Shown here: in pieces, positions 24,401 to 38,117 of the stretch | How the letters are laid out: every line of letters starts with the position of its first letter | How positions within the stretch are numbered: the first letter of the stretch is position 1 | Assembly: GCF_006345805.1 (NCBI RefSeq) | Contig: NC_043007.1 | Span: 38,192,001-38,256,000, forward strand | Direction: 5' to 3' | From: Octopus sinensis | Lineage: Eukaryota | Length of the DNA stretch: 64,000 nt | Translations under genes and position numbers: made by a program | The notes under the pieces: model-generated | What the model saw: the letters and a program-made list of their open reading frames with translations, nothing else | Databases searched by the model: none | What the model was told of the DNA's origin: nothing

Positions 24401-27400
24401 TGAAGGAATCATAAACAATCATTTGGATGGCTTTCTATTGAATGCAGTGGAGTAAATTTATCTGTAACAGCAGCACTGTCACAGATATAGGAGAGCATTC
24501 CATTATGGGTCTTACTTGAGCCTTTTAAAAGATCAGCAGATAATCATGATTGAAGTATTTTTTGATATTAAACAAGAATTTTAGTTTTTGTAATATAGTT
24601 TTGGCAGTGTTTTATATGAAGATCTGCCATCTGAGTTCACCATGGTATGCAAGGTTTAGCTTTGTAGTAACTTGAAGTTTTTTTTTAATGAATTATTCAT
24701 GATTATAAAAGGTGGCTTAGGCAAAAAGGGCTTGAAGGAGGGCTGGCTTCTAGACATGTGTCACACAGGCTGACCAGTATGTAGACATGCTCTGATGTCA
24801 TATGAACCAGTCCTTCTGTTTGAAGATGAAATAGGCCCTGTATCTCAAGGGGTAACTTGGGAGAGCTGGAGACAAGCAGAATGAATTAAACAAATCAATA
24901 GAGATCAACAGGAAACCACCAGTGTATCTTTCCTAAGAAATTATCATGAATCCTTAGACTAGGGTATGTAGGCCCATGATCACTGATGTCAGTTAGTAAG
25001 AAACATGGGGGAGAGAGAAAGAAAGATATAAGCCTGATCCCTTGGTATGTGTAATGATTGTGTCTTTGTGCTGTTGAAGGAGAGTAAATTGTTATGGTAC
25101 TTTTGAAGAATGATCATATGCTTTCGTTAATTTAGTTTTTAATTCAAAACAGTTTTTTGCAGTGAGACTAATTATGTTTATATATATGTAATAGTTTCTA
25201 TCATAATTCTAATTATGTCTTTTGCCATCAATCAACATATAGGAGCTGTACATATTCCACAAACTCATACCAAACAGTGAAGATGAACGGATGTCAAATG
25301 ATGGAATTAGTCAGACTTTGTCTCAGAGGACATGTAACTTCCTCAAGGAACTGCTGCTTACCAAACCAGAACTGGGCAGTGCTATAATCAACCACCTGAA
25401 ATGCCCAAACAAACCAAACCTCAAACTTCACCAAACAATGATGGAACAGGTGTACATATCCTGTATCAACCGGTGTATTTCAGCTGTGTATTCCGAAGAC
25501 TCACTTCTCAGTCAGGTGGATAAGTGCGATCAGGTGTACACGATATTGTCACTTTTCAATCCTGACAATGAGGCAACAGTGTTGAACCTGAATCAGACAA
25601 TTTCTGGCCTTGTTGATCTCTGCCAAAGAGGATTGGTTCCTGAGGACCGCATCCTTTCACTAATGGCCAGCAAAAAGAAACCATTTCTCTTGACACAGTT
25701 AAGTGATGAGCTAGCCTCTTCACACATGAACCAATTGATAACCGGTGATAAGTCCATCTCAAAACACAGTGAGCTAAATGATAACTTGAGGCAACTGCTT
25801 ACCCTGTCAAAGTGCACAGACCGTTCATCGAGTTGGCCACAGCTCTATTTCAAATGCATGAAAGACAACCAGCATTTTTTGGAAAGCTATGTGGTAAGAA
25901 ACCAACAATTGCATTATTTAATTCTTCCTTTCATTTAAAAATTTATTTTCTTATTCACTCGTGGGTTTATGGTTTTACTCTACAATTTTTTGGTATATTG
26001 GGAGTTGCATTTATTTATTCTGCTTTCACTAATTTTACTTTGCTGTTAGGGATAAACAGCACCCCTTTCAAAGTGTCACATTTCTTTGCTGTATAGAGGA
26101 GTCTTGGTCTTTGTCAATTTAGGCAATGTTATATATGCAGGGATAACATACGGTTGTGAAACCCTGCATTTGTAGGGATTTTGAAGCTCTAATTCCTTTA
26201 TGAGGGTCTGAATACTCATTGCAAACATACATGGCTGGTGTCAATGTTGCTCCTGTTCCATTGCATAAAGTTAAGCAGGAAGGGCTGTATATACCATATT
26301 TATGTAAGCTGATGTGTATGTCTATACTCACTCATGTCTACATATAATCTTTTCTAGTAAAAGTAAAAGCATATTGTCCAATATATTTTGACTCCTTTTG
26401 GTTACATAGACAGTTGATAAATGAATGTATATCGATTCTTTTAAAATCTATATGCACACACATTCTCTGTTCTAGTAAAAACAAAAGTAGCATGCCCAAT
26501 ATATTTGTAGTCAATTTTTATTTATTCCTGTTTAGTTGATAAATGAATGTATACTCTTTATTCTTTTACTTGTTTCAGTCATTTGACTGTAGCCATGCTG
26601 GAGCACTGCCTTTAGTTGAGCAAATCGACCCCAGAGCTTATTCTTTGTAAGCCTAGTACTTATTCTATCGGTCTCTTTTGCCGAACCGCTAAGTTACGGG
26701 GACGTAAACACACCAGCATCGGTTGTCAAGCAATGTTGGGGGGACAAACACAGACACTCAAACATATGCACCAGATTGTTTGCCTTGGTTAACCTTTTCT
26801 ATTAACCGGCAAAATTTTACTAAACATGTTCTCTTCTAAAAGCATTGAATAATCCTTCAGTTTAATTTTAAACTGTTTTTATGTATAAACACACACACAC
26901 ACACATGCACACACATTATGAAGGCAAGCAAGTCAAAGCTTTGAAGTCACTGTCAAGCTTTTTCTTGTAAAATGTTTAATAAACATGTGCTCTACTAAAA
27001 ATTTTGAGTAATCCTTCAGTATAATGTTAGACTGTTTTTATATATAATTTGACCTAAAAATAAAACATTAATGTTTTAAATAAACGTATATCAATTCTTA
27101 AAAAAAATTTTACTTATTTTCTTCATAGTATTATTACATTTACAAAATTTATTTTTCTAATTCTTTACACAGGAAGCTGCCATTAGCTTGATCAGTTCAG
27201 GGAGATTTGATGAATTAAAAGAGCTCTTTGAACCAGAAGAACTGCAACCACTGAAATCTTTGGTACTTCTTGTTGGATGGCCTTACTGTTACACCTGTGC
27301 TAATGCAACCTGCTTACTAGAGATCTTATTGGAATCTAAGGTAAGATGTCTGATTTGAATGGTATTTATATTGCCACTATAGTGTTACCCATTTTTTGCT

Positions 27401-29456
27401 GGCTAACTTTAGAAGTATATTTTTGCCACCATGGATAATACCAGAAAATATGGCACACATACAATAATAATAGTCAAATAATTTTTATCAAATTTCTTGG
27501 TGCTTATAAAAAATATGGAATGAATACAAAGTTTTAAAAGAAAAATATTTATTACCTTAAAATAAAATTGAATAAGTCAAATTTCCCATTTGTATAACTA
27601 CTCTGTCATTTACTCCCTTTTCTCTTTTTCCCATGTGTCTATGATGCTTTATCACTAGGTGAATGTATAACATTCTTTTACATTGCCTGTCACCAAGCCT
27701 TGTATGTGGACTCATCCTCCATCTTCTATATTATATTAATTCTGTATCTTTTATTCTCTCTCCCTTACATTTCTATACGTGACTGGAGAAATCAAACGAC
27801 AAACCAACCAACATTTGTACCAGCTATTATTATATAGAGATTTTGAGAGATAAAACTGGTCACTTCTCTGATATAGTCACTAGATGAGACCATAAATTTT
27901 TCAGAACTCAGCGAACAGCTTGGGGCTTGCTCTTTATTTTGCTAGGATTCAGTTCATCTCTCATCTGAAAGGTAAAATTGATATAGAGATACAGTAGGAT
28001 AAATTGTCCATACTCACATTTTATAAAATGTCTCCAGTAAAGTATTGTATCTTGAGTGAAAACACTTGAAATCTCTGTGACCAAGTTCATGTGCATCTAC
28101 TTGCCTTAATATGGTATGGCACTTATCTCTCTACCTGTGTTGTTGTTTAGCCCCGTGTCAGCACAGATTGAACCAGCCTATAGGTATTACATTTATGACC
28201 TTCCCGTCTTTATCTTTTTTATTCTAGGCATACTGTATCTAGGACTAATTTACTCAATGTGTCCTTCCTTTTTTAAGACATAGGATGTCATATGAGAGAG
28301 ATTTGGCTTCTATTTCTAACAAATCAAACAGTCATGGAGAAGCTCTCTTATTGGCTTGGATTTATGTGTGTTTATTAGTGTGGAACACATATCTTGCTAA
28401 TAGTTATGAACAATATGAATTCTGTAAGCTGGCAGAATCGTTAGTGTGTTAGACATTATGTTTAGTGAGATTTCTTCAGGCTCTTTATAATCTGTCTTCG
28501 GGCCTTTCATCCTTTCAGGGTTGATAAAACAAGGACTAGTTTCAGGCTTTGTATTAGGATTATTATTTTTATTAATACTTTTAAGTTAGCAAGCTGGCAG
28601 AATCATGACTGTACCACACAAAATGCTTTGTACTATTTTTAAGTTCAAATTCTGCTGAGATCAACTTTGTCTTTAATATTTTTGGGATCAATAAAATAAG
28701 TACCAGTCAGACTCTGGTAATTGATAACCCCACCGTACCTATAGTAGAGAGAATTGTTTCTATTATTTTTAGATTCTTAATGTTTGTCTTTCTGGATGCT
28801 GAAGTGGATAGAAATTAATTATGAAAAAATATTAAAAATTTTTTCTCAAACAATTTTGAAGAATATTATTTTATGAGAGAACATGTTGGTTTAAAAAATA
28901 CCATAGAAATTGCAAAACTGATTTGAGACAAATGTAGAAATACTTTCTTATAGAGAAGAATTAATTTTTCTATGTTGTTTTGTAACTCTGTTCTACAGAC
29001 ACCATGTCAGCACCCAGCATTGGACAAGGGCTGCCAAAAACTTCAACATCAGATAAATCTGATTCGGTGGTGTTTGGAAAAATCCAGGTTGGTGTTTGGC
29101 ATTTTTTTTTATAATTCTTTAATTTTTTTCTCTTTTTGTTCTTAATTTATTAGTTTACCAATGTGGCCTTATGAGTCTTGCTTACATAAGGGAAAAATGT
29201 TTGAACTGTTGCAGGGTTGTTGTAGCTGTTGTTTAGCCCCAAGTCATTTCTAGCCTTGACTATCTATAGAGAAGTGTTTTGTTTGCTATTTCTAGCAGAT
29301 TAAATGAACATTAGAGGCTCCTTCATTAGCACATATGTTGCAAGGTTCATATACCTTGTGTACATATTGTGTGCACGTATCTTTTGTGTCTGTATTTATA
29401 TTTTGAAATCTTTTACATCTATATTTCCATACTTTCCTGGAAATAGCAGTCCTTCA

Positions 29457-29490
<34 letters not shown>

Positions 29491-30013
29491 ACAACAAAGG
29501 GTAAAATTAATTAATTAAGAAGTAATCAATAATTTCACCAAGTAGAATTCGGCATGAAAAAAGGACCATTTCATGGTAATCTTAAGTAATACTTAATAAT
29601 TAGGGTTCAGCAAAGATTTGCTTTCCCATATACCGAAGTTTAGAAATAGCAGCCAAAAAACGTTAGCTATTTCTTCTACTTTAAAAAGGGACTCCCAGAA
29701 AACCAAAATACTTGAAAACAATCCACACAGGCAGAGAGGAAAAGTAACGAAAATCAATCAATATCTGGTCACCTATGGACGCGCGTTTCGGAATTAGATT
29801 GGAATAAAGAATATAGAATTATACTTTACCAACCATTTTCCTCATCAGCATAGGACTCCGGCAATAATTAAATATTGAAATATTAAATTCGAAGGTACTG
29901 GAATAATTGAACATATCTCTCCACCTAACGGTATCAAACAGATCATATTCGTTTTTTGGCTGCTATTTCTAAACTTCGGTATGTGGTAAAGCAAATCTTT
30001 GCTGAACCCTAAT

Positions 30014-30051
<38 letters not shown>

Positions 30052-33000
30052 TTTTTTTTCCGTAATGAGATAAAAAAACCAAGGCTGCATAAATTTTAGA
30101 ACATAAATATTTATAAATGTTCTAAAATCTACACAGCCATGGTTTTTTTTATCTCATTACGGAAAATTTTTTTTATGCACACACTGATATATGACCTACA
30201 TTGGACCCCTTATTCACATAATCACCAAACCTGGAACTTAACTGTGGTCTATCCATAGCATTTATTCAACATTACCTGACATCTTTGGGTCTCATTGACA
30301 CCATTACCTCTCATAACCTCCATATATATATATATATTCCTCTTTCATGAACTATACTTACCTTTCACACCCTAATCCTGTCTCCTTGGCCCTATTTCAT
30401 TGTATCATTATTATATGGTAGCCTTCTCCCCACTACCTCTATATACCCAAGTTTTCACCCCTCATTACATTCTCCTTCTCTGCTCTCTACTCACACTTCT
30501 TTGGCAATGTCCTGCCACTTTGACACTCAAGATTATGCCCTGGCACTTGCCACAATCTATCTCTCTCTTACTTGACTATCCCACTTATAGTCCAATCCCC
30601 ATCCCTTGTTAGTGTGCCTGGCATTTTACCACTATCTCCCTCCGGCTCTCTCTTGTACTCTTGCTGTCTCCCACTCTCTGTCCTTCTCCTGCTCTTCTCT
30701 CAGGCTGGGTAACTACGTTTCTCCTTTAAGGCTGCACACCTATATTTGTCCTCATTCCTGATCTCTCTCTCTCCAGCCAGGTAACCTTGTACCTCCTCTA
30801 CAGCAAGACACCTTTTTCTGTCTCTCTGTTGCCATTCATCATCTGACTCAAGATCACCTCCTCCAATGCCCTCTCCCTTTCAAAGTTCCTTATCTTGCAA
30901 AGTTACTTGGTGACCCTGTCAGTGTGGGTGTTACTTAAAAAGCATCCAGTTCACACTGTAAAATGGTTGGCATTTTGAAGGGCATCCAGCTGTAAAAACC
31001 TTGCCAAAACTGATCTTGTCTGTGCTTGTGCCATGTAAAAAGTGCTCAGTCCACTCTGCTGGTGCTGGGTGGTTGGTGTTAGGAAGGGCATCCAGCTGTA
31101 AAAACCCTGCAAAAACAGACACAGAAGTCTGGTGCAGGCTTATGTCTGGCCAGCTCCTGTCAGACTGCCCAACCCATGCCAGCATAGAAGGTGGACATTA
31201 AACGATGATGATGATGATATATATATATATATATATATATCTACTACATATGTGGAAAATTGGTGTGTGTTTGTTTGTGGCATTGTTAGCCACATTGTTT
31301 TATTGCTTTTGCTGAAACTTGACACGTGAGTAGAACTCATGTCTGGAGACCTCATGACATACTTAGATTGTTGAAAAAAGTCAATAATATGGCCACTAGA
31401 AGGGACCTTTATATCTACCTCGTATAACTAATTTTTTTTAAACACCCAAGGGAAATAACCCATAGCACCTGTACAATATTTTTTTAAATACTTAAGGGAA
31501 ATAACCAATTTCATTGTTTATCTTCAATTACTTTGAATATTGATTTTTTTGTGTGTCCTATTTCTAATTAGAGCAGATAATATCACTTTTATACTTTATT
31601 TGATATGTGAGTAGCACTCCTGTCTGAAAACCTCGTGACATACTTAGATTGTTGAAAAAATTGATAACAGGGCCCTTCCAATGGATCCTTCTATCTACTA
31701 CATATTACTAATATTTTATTTAAACAACCCAAGGGAAATAACCCATACCAGCATTATGGTATTAGGAAGGGCACCCAGCCATAAAAACCCTGCCAAAACA
31801 GACACAGAAGTATGGTGCAGGCTTATGTCTGGCTAGCTCCTGTCAAACTGTCCAAACCATGCCAGCATGGAAGGTGGACATTAAACGATGATGATGATGA
31901 TATATATATATATATATATCTACTACATATGGGAAAAATAGGTGTGTGTTTGTTTGTGGTGATGGTGGTGGAAGAGGAGGAGAAGGACTGGAATAACATG
32001 AAATAAAGTGTCTTGCTCAAGAACACAAGGAATTGAACTCATGACCTTTCGATTGTGTGTGTGTGTGCATTATCATCATTATACTTTAACTGGCATGGGT
32101 TAGCTGGTTCAAAAGGATTTGAGTCAGAAGATTGCTTGGAGCTCCAGTGTTTGCTTTGGTATGGCTTTTATGGTTGGATGCCCTTCCTGATGCCAGTCAC
32201 TTTACAGAGTATACTGGATGTTTTTTTTTGTGATGCCCGTACTAGTGAGGTTGCCAAGTAACTCAGAAGACAAATAAAAAGGGAACCCCCCCCTGCTGAC
32301 TAAGTGGGGGTGTAGTAGAGAGTGAGGTGGTTTTATACCAGACAGCGAGAGATTAAAGTGTGATAGAAGGATAGGAACAGGTGTCTTGCTGTAGAGAAGG
32401 TTCATGACTGCCATGCATTATATAAAGATGGGAGTTGATGGGAAGAGAGATGAGTTTGGTGGTGATAAGTTGTCAGTGCATACTCTCAAGCTACAGGGTG
32501 AGTGTACGAGAGATTAGGGACAGAGAACGAGGAAGGGTGAGCATGTTTTACCCCCTGGCTGATATGGCTCTAAAATATGAATAAGTTATTGGTGGAAATA
32601 TGTCAACAGAGGTGTCTGAAGAAAATCAGGCACATTGTAGCCACACAGGCATGGCTGTGTTGTTGAGAAGCTTACTTTCCAACATTGTGATCTTGTGTTT
32701 TTTCCCACTGTGTAGCACCTGGGGTTAGTGTCTTCTACTTAGACTTAGGCACACCAAAGCCTTTGATGGGTGGATTTGGGAGACAGAAACTGAAAGAAGT
32801 CTATATAGACATGTGTGTGTAAGTGTTTGTGTGTACCTCATATGATAGTTATTAAATGAGTTTCATTTTAGTATAAGCAAGGTTGTTCATTTTAAATCTT
32901 CTGTGAAAAACAGGTCTCACTATTAGAAAATACCTTGCTTGGAAACAGGTGAGGATTAGTGACAAGAAGGTCATCTTGTAGAAAATCTACTTTTAACAAA

Positions 33001-36000
33001 TTTTGACCCATGCAAACATGGAAAAGTGAATGTTAGATGATGATGATGATCTAGTGGCTGAGCAGATAGTAGGGTGGCCCTTTGCATGAACAAACCAATA
33101 TCTCCTGCCTGTAAAACTGAGTATAACTATCAGCTTCAATAGTCTGATCAGGTTGTGGAAATACCAGGCAATTGGTTGCTCAAATAATTGAATTACTCTC
33201 AGCTGAATGAAATGAAAGGCATGTAAGGCAAACAAAGGAAGCAGTTGAAAGTTGTATTTTTCGAAATTTGAGAAAGTGTATCATTGATGTGAATTTACAA
33301 GTGGCAGTTGTTGACAAGTAACCACCACAAGTAGAAACATCCTGTTGTTTTCATACATAGTGTATTTAAAGTTACATTATGTGTCCTTTTTCAGACAGGA
33401 GGGTGAGTTTTCAGGGAATTTGATTGCTATTTATTTAGGAGTGATTACATAGTGGCTGCTTGGTTTGAAGGGTATTCAGCACTTATGTCCTTTCTAGACA
33501 GCTCTCTTAAACCAAAGAATGTATGAGGCCCAACATTCGAAGGTCATGCTTCACCACTTCATCCCATGTCTTCCTGGGTCTCCCTCTTCCACGGGTCCCT
33601 CCACTGTTTGGGAGTGACACATCTTCAAACAGCTCTCCTCATCCATATGCAGCACATGACCATACTAGCGCAGTCATCTCTCTTGCACACCACATCTGAT
33701 GCTTCTTATGTCCAACTTTTCTCTCAGAGCACTTACACTCTGTCGTGTGTGCACACTGACATTACACATCCAGCGGATCACACTAGCTTCATTTCTTTCA
33801 AGCCTACACATGTCTTCAGCAGTCACAGCCCATGTTTCACTGCCATGTAGCATGGCAGTTCGCACACATGCATAATACCTTTGTCACCAGTAGTGGTAGG
33901 AACTTTCTGAACTTTACCCCAGCTATTCTTATTCTAGTGGCAGTGCTCTCCGAGCATCCACCCCTACTACAGACTTGGTCACCTAGGTAGCGGAAGCTAT
34001 CAACAACTTCAAGTTTCTCCCCTTGGCATGGGATGGAATCCATTTTCTGAGCATCTGTGGTGTTTATTGCCCCTGTGCCACTGCCACACACAAAAGCTAT
34101 CATCCCGGTTAACCTTTCTTTGATGTTGCTGCACTTCTTATGCGTCCATAGCTTACACTGGGTACATCTTATGGAGTTTCTACCTACACCTTTTGTATAG
34201 ATCGAGCAGGGCCATCTACCTGAAGGGGGTTGTGATGTGTTCGCCTTCCTACTTACTAGGACTTTGGTTTTTGCAACATTGATTCTAAGGCCCTTCGATT
34301 CTAAACCTTGCTTCCACAACTTAAAATTCTTCTCTAGTTCTGGTAGTGCTTCTGCTATGAGAGCAAGGTCATCAGCATAGAGGAGCTCTCAGGGGCAACC
34401 TGTTTTGAATTCCTCTGTTATTGCCTGGAGTTCTATGATGATCCTTGGTGAACCCCTACTTCTACCTGGAATTCTTCACTATACTAATTGCCAACCCATA
34501 CCTTACTAACAGCATCCCTCTACAGCTCTTATTAACCTTTTGTTAATCCCCAGTTTCTGCATTGCCCACCAAATATAGGATCGGGGGACCCTGTCAAAAG
34601 CTTTCTCCCATGTCAACAAAAGCCAGGTACAGAGGTCTCAGGATAATGCTTGACTACATATAGTGAGGATGACATTCCAAAGGCTGGAGCAGTTTGAATG
34701 GGAAACACTGCCACACCCACCATATTCGCCAGACATTGCCCCATCTGATTATTATTTATTCCATAGCCTTCAAAATCATTTAGACAGAAAAAAATATGAA
34801 TTCTGTAGACAAGGTCAGAACAGTACTAGAGGAGTATTTTTCATCATGGACAAGTGAATTTTAGAAGAAGGGCCTTGCAAATCTACTAGATAGATGGAAG
34901 AGCATTGTAGAAAATAGGGAGTATATTTTAGATTAAAAAAGAACTTTGTTTATCTTAATTTTGAAAGTATAAAAAGAAGTATAAAACATTCACATTATTT
35001 ATGGGATGACCCAATTTTGCTATTGTACACAATTACTTTAAAAAGTCAAAAAATTTTAAAGTAAAAATGTATGCCAAATGTATAAATGGTGAAATCTGTC
35101 GGACAATCTAAAAAGATAACTCTCATAGCTTTAGTTGTCTTCCAGAACACTCCATGTTAAAGTGATAATGGCTTCAGAACATATAGAGTGTTAAAGAAGA
35201 AAATTACAATGTTGACTGAGGGGTAAAATATTTAGGTAGTTATTGTTTAATACCAGCTCGGCCATGACAAACAGCAAAGCCATTCCAACTATACTACTTA
35301 ACTCTTTTTCCATCTATAGCGTTTTTGTTTGAATACATTTTCTACTGTCTCCTTTGTTTTTTGTAATATAGTAGAATGTAGTGTGAGGACAATTTGAGCT
35401 ACTGTTTTTAGCAATTCCAGTCACCATGTAGAGGCTCTCTCATTGTCTTGAATTAGTGTAGTTTTTTAACCACAGGCCATTCCTAAGATTAAACACATTC
35501 TAGTTATGATCATTGCATTTCTTTATAAGTATCTATACTACATTATCTGATGTGTTCTTCCTTTATTCTGAGACAGTAGGCTGTGATTTTTTGCAGGATG
35601 AGTGACCATTAAGTGAAGGTAACTTTTGGACTCATAACTATGTGACCAGTCATCCAGAACGTTAACCTCCCAGTCATTGTATTCATGTTATTTTATATTT
35701 TCTTTCTTCATTTATTGCAGATCCTTGGTCCATGTTACTGATGGCAAAGAAACCAACATCAACCCACATTGCCAAGCAACAAACATCTTCCAAGGACTAG
35801 TCAACCATTCAATGCTCTATGTCCTGCAGCAAGCTACACGCCTCGCTTCTCTCAGAGAACATGAAGTTTTAGACCTGTTGCAGAAGGTTTCCCTCACCAA
35901 AACTCCAGGTAACACCTGTACTTGCTTTCTTTTGGTTGGTCGTTTGGCCAGTTGTTGTTAAACCCCAGGACATCTCTGGTCAAGTGGGCCTTTGATTGAA

Positions 36001-38084
36001 GACATTTCATCTTTTTATTTTCCAAAGCATAATGCACTTAGGACAGCATTATCTAATATGTCCTTCTTGTGTGAGTTGAGGGAAATTTGGTTGCTATTTC
36101 AATATTAAAATATAGTGAATTGTAATAGTGGAAGCTATGTTGGCTGAAAACAGCAGAACATCTCCAACTGACAATAAGCTTCAATAAATTCAATGTTCTT
36201 CCTTTATAGATTTTTAAAGTTTCTCTCATTTAAACGTAACTTAAAACAATAAAACTGTACACTTCAACTCTTTCATATATGGATTGTTGGCACAAGTGTA
36301 GATAGGCATAGGTGTAGCTGTGTGGTAAGAGGTTTGCTTCTCAACCACAGTTTGAGGTTCAGTTCCACTGCATGAAACCTTGGACAAGTGTCTTCTACTA
36401 TAGCTCTGGGCCAAGCAAAGCCTTGTGAATGCATGTGGTAGATGACATTGAAACAAGCCCATTGTGTGCGTATGTGTGTTACTGTTTCCTTCCCTAGACG
36501 CCACTTGATAGTTGAATGTGAGTGTCACCATCATGCAAATGGTGTCCTTCCTTTCCAGTCTTCCACAAAAACCTGTCTGGTCATGAGAAAATAATATATT
36601 TTCTTGGAAACAGGTGAGGGTTAGTAACAGGAAGTGCATCTGGCCATAGAGAATCTGCCTTCATCTGACCCATGCAAGCCTGGAAAAGTGGACATTATAA
36701 CAATGATGATGGTTGTCATATTATCATGGTCTTCATCAGTTTTCATTTGCAGTTACTGCCCTCCTGGATGGGTTGGAAGACTTTGACTCACTTGTCTTTG
36801 CATAGTTCTTTGGCATAGTTCCTGTAGATGGATGTCCTTCTTAATCTCATCTCCTTCACAGAGTGTATTGGATTTATTTTTTATCATGCCAGGTTTATTG
36901 ATCCCATGATAATGTTGACGAAAAGCTGGTTTACTCATGAATGGAATAACTCTTGATCATAGGTTTGTTTTCACTGTTAGGGCTGACCTGACACTAAATC
37001 CCATCACTACCACTCACGTCAACTGATCCACATGATCATGAGTTCAAACCTTATTTAAGCCTGGGTAAAACATAAATTTTGTTGCCTTTAGTTTATGTGA
37101 CTGTCAAAACATATTCCACTGTTCCCCTACTTCATATGGCAGAGTTTCTATACAGCTGCATGACCTGCTTGAAATAGCAATCAAGTCTCCCTCAAATCAC
37201 ATATTGCTGTCTTAAAAAAAGTGAAAGGACACATTAAACAATGTAGTCAAGTCAGAATGATCATTATTAGAAAGTTTTCTATCTTAGCTTTGCTTGATCA
37301 GGGCCAACTAGGTGCTCAACAACAACAGACATGTACTTAGCAGGAGGAGTAGAGAAGCTAAGATATCCAGTTGTAGAAACAATTGCTCAAACAAAATTGA
37401 CCCCACCCATGATAACATGAACAAATGGGCGTAAACAGTTAAAAGCTGTTAGTCATCACATACAAATCTGGTATATTTGTTTACCTTTCCATTGAAAATA
37501 TTTCAAGTTTTATACAGAATGTTAGATATTTTCACATTGCTTTATTTAATTATGTAATTTTTAATTTTTTTATATTTTTGCATTCAAAATTTTTTCTTTC
37601 ACTGTCTGACTCTTTTTTTTATCTCTTTCTCTCTCTCTACACCTCTATTTATGTGTAATTATCTGCCCATACATCAACATATCTATGTAGCTGTATTTCT
37701 GTATATCCACCTGTCTATGTACGTACATCATCACCATTTGTCCAACCCATGCTAGCATGGAAAGCGGACGCTAAATGATGATGATGATCACCATCATTTT
37801 ACATGATGGTTTTGGTTGAAGGGGTTGTCATAGTCTGAGTAAATTTCCCTGGATGGGTTGGAGGACTACATCACACTTGTATGTTCCATCTTTGCCATAG
37901 TCTCTATAGTTGGATGCACTTCTTAATCTCAGTTACTTCACAGAGTATACTAGGTGCATTTTATCATGGCACCAGCACTGGAGAGGTTGTCATGTCTACA
38001 ATGAATTTAAAGAGTTCTCTCTGCCTGACATTGCCACTATTCATTTGTTAGCTATTTTACTGGAGTAATGTGTGTGTGTGTGTG

Positions 38085-38117
<33 letters not shown>

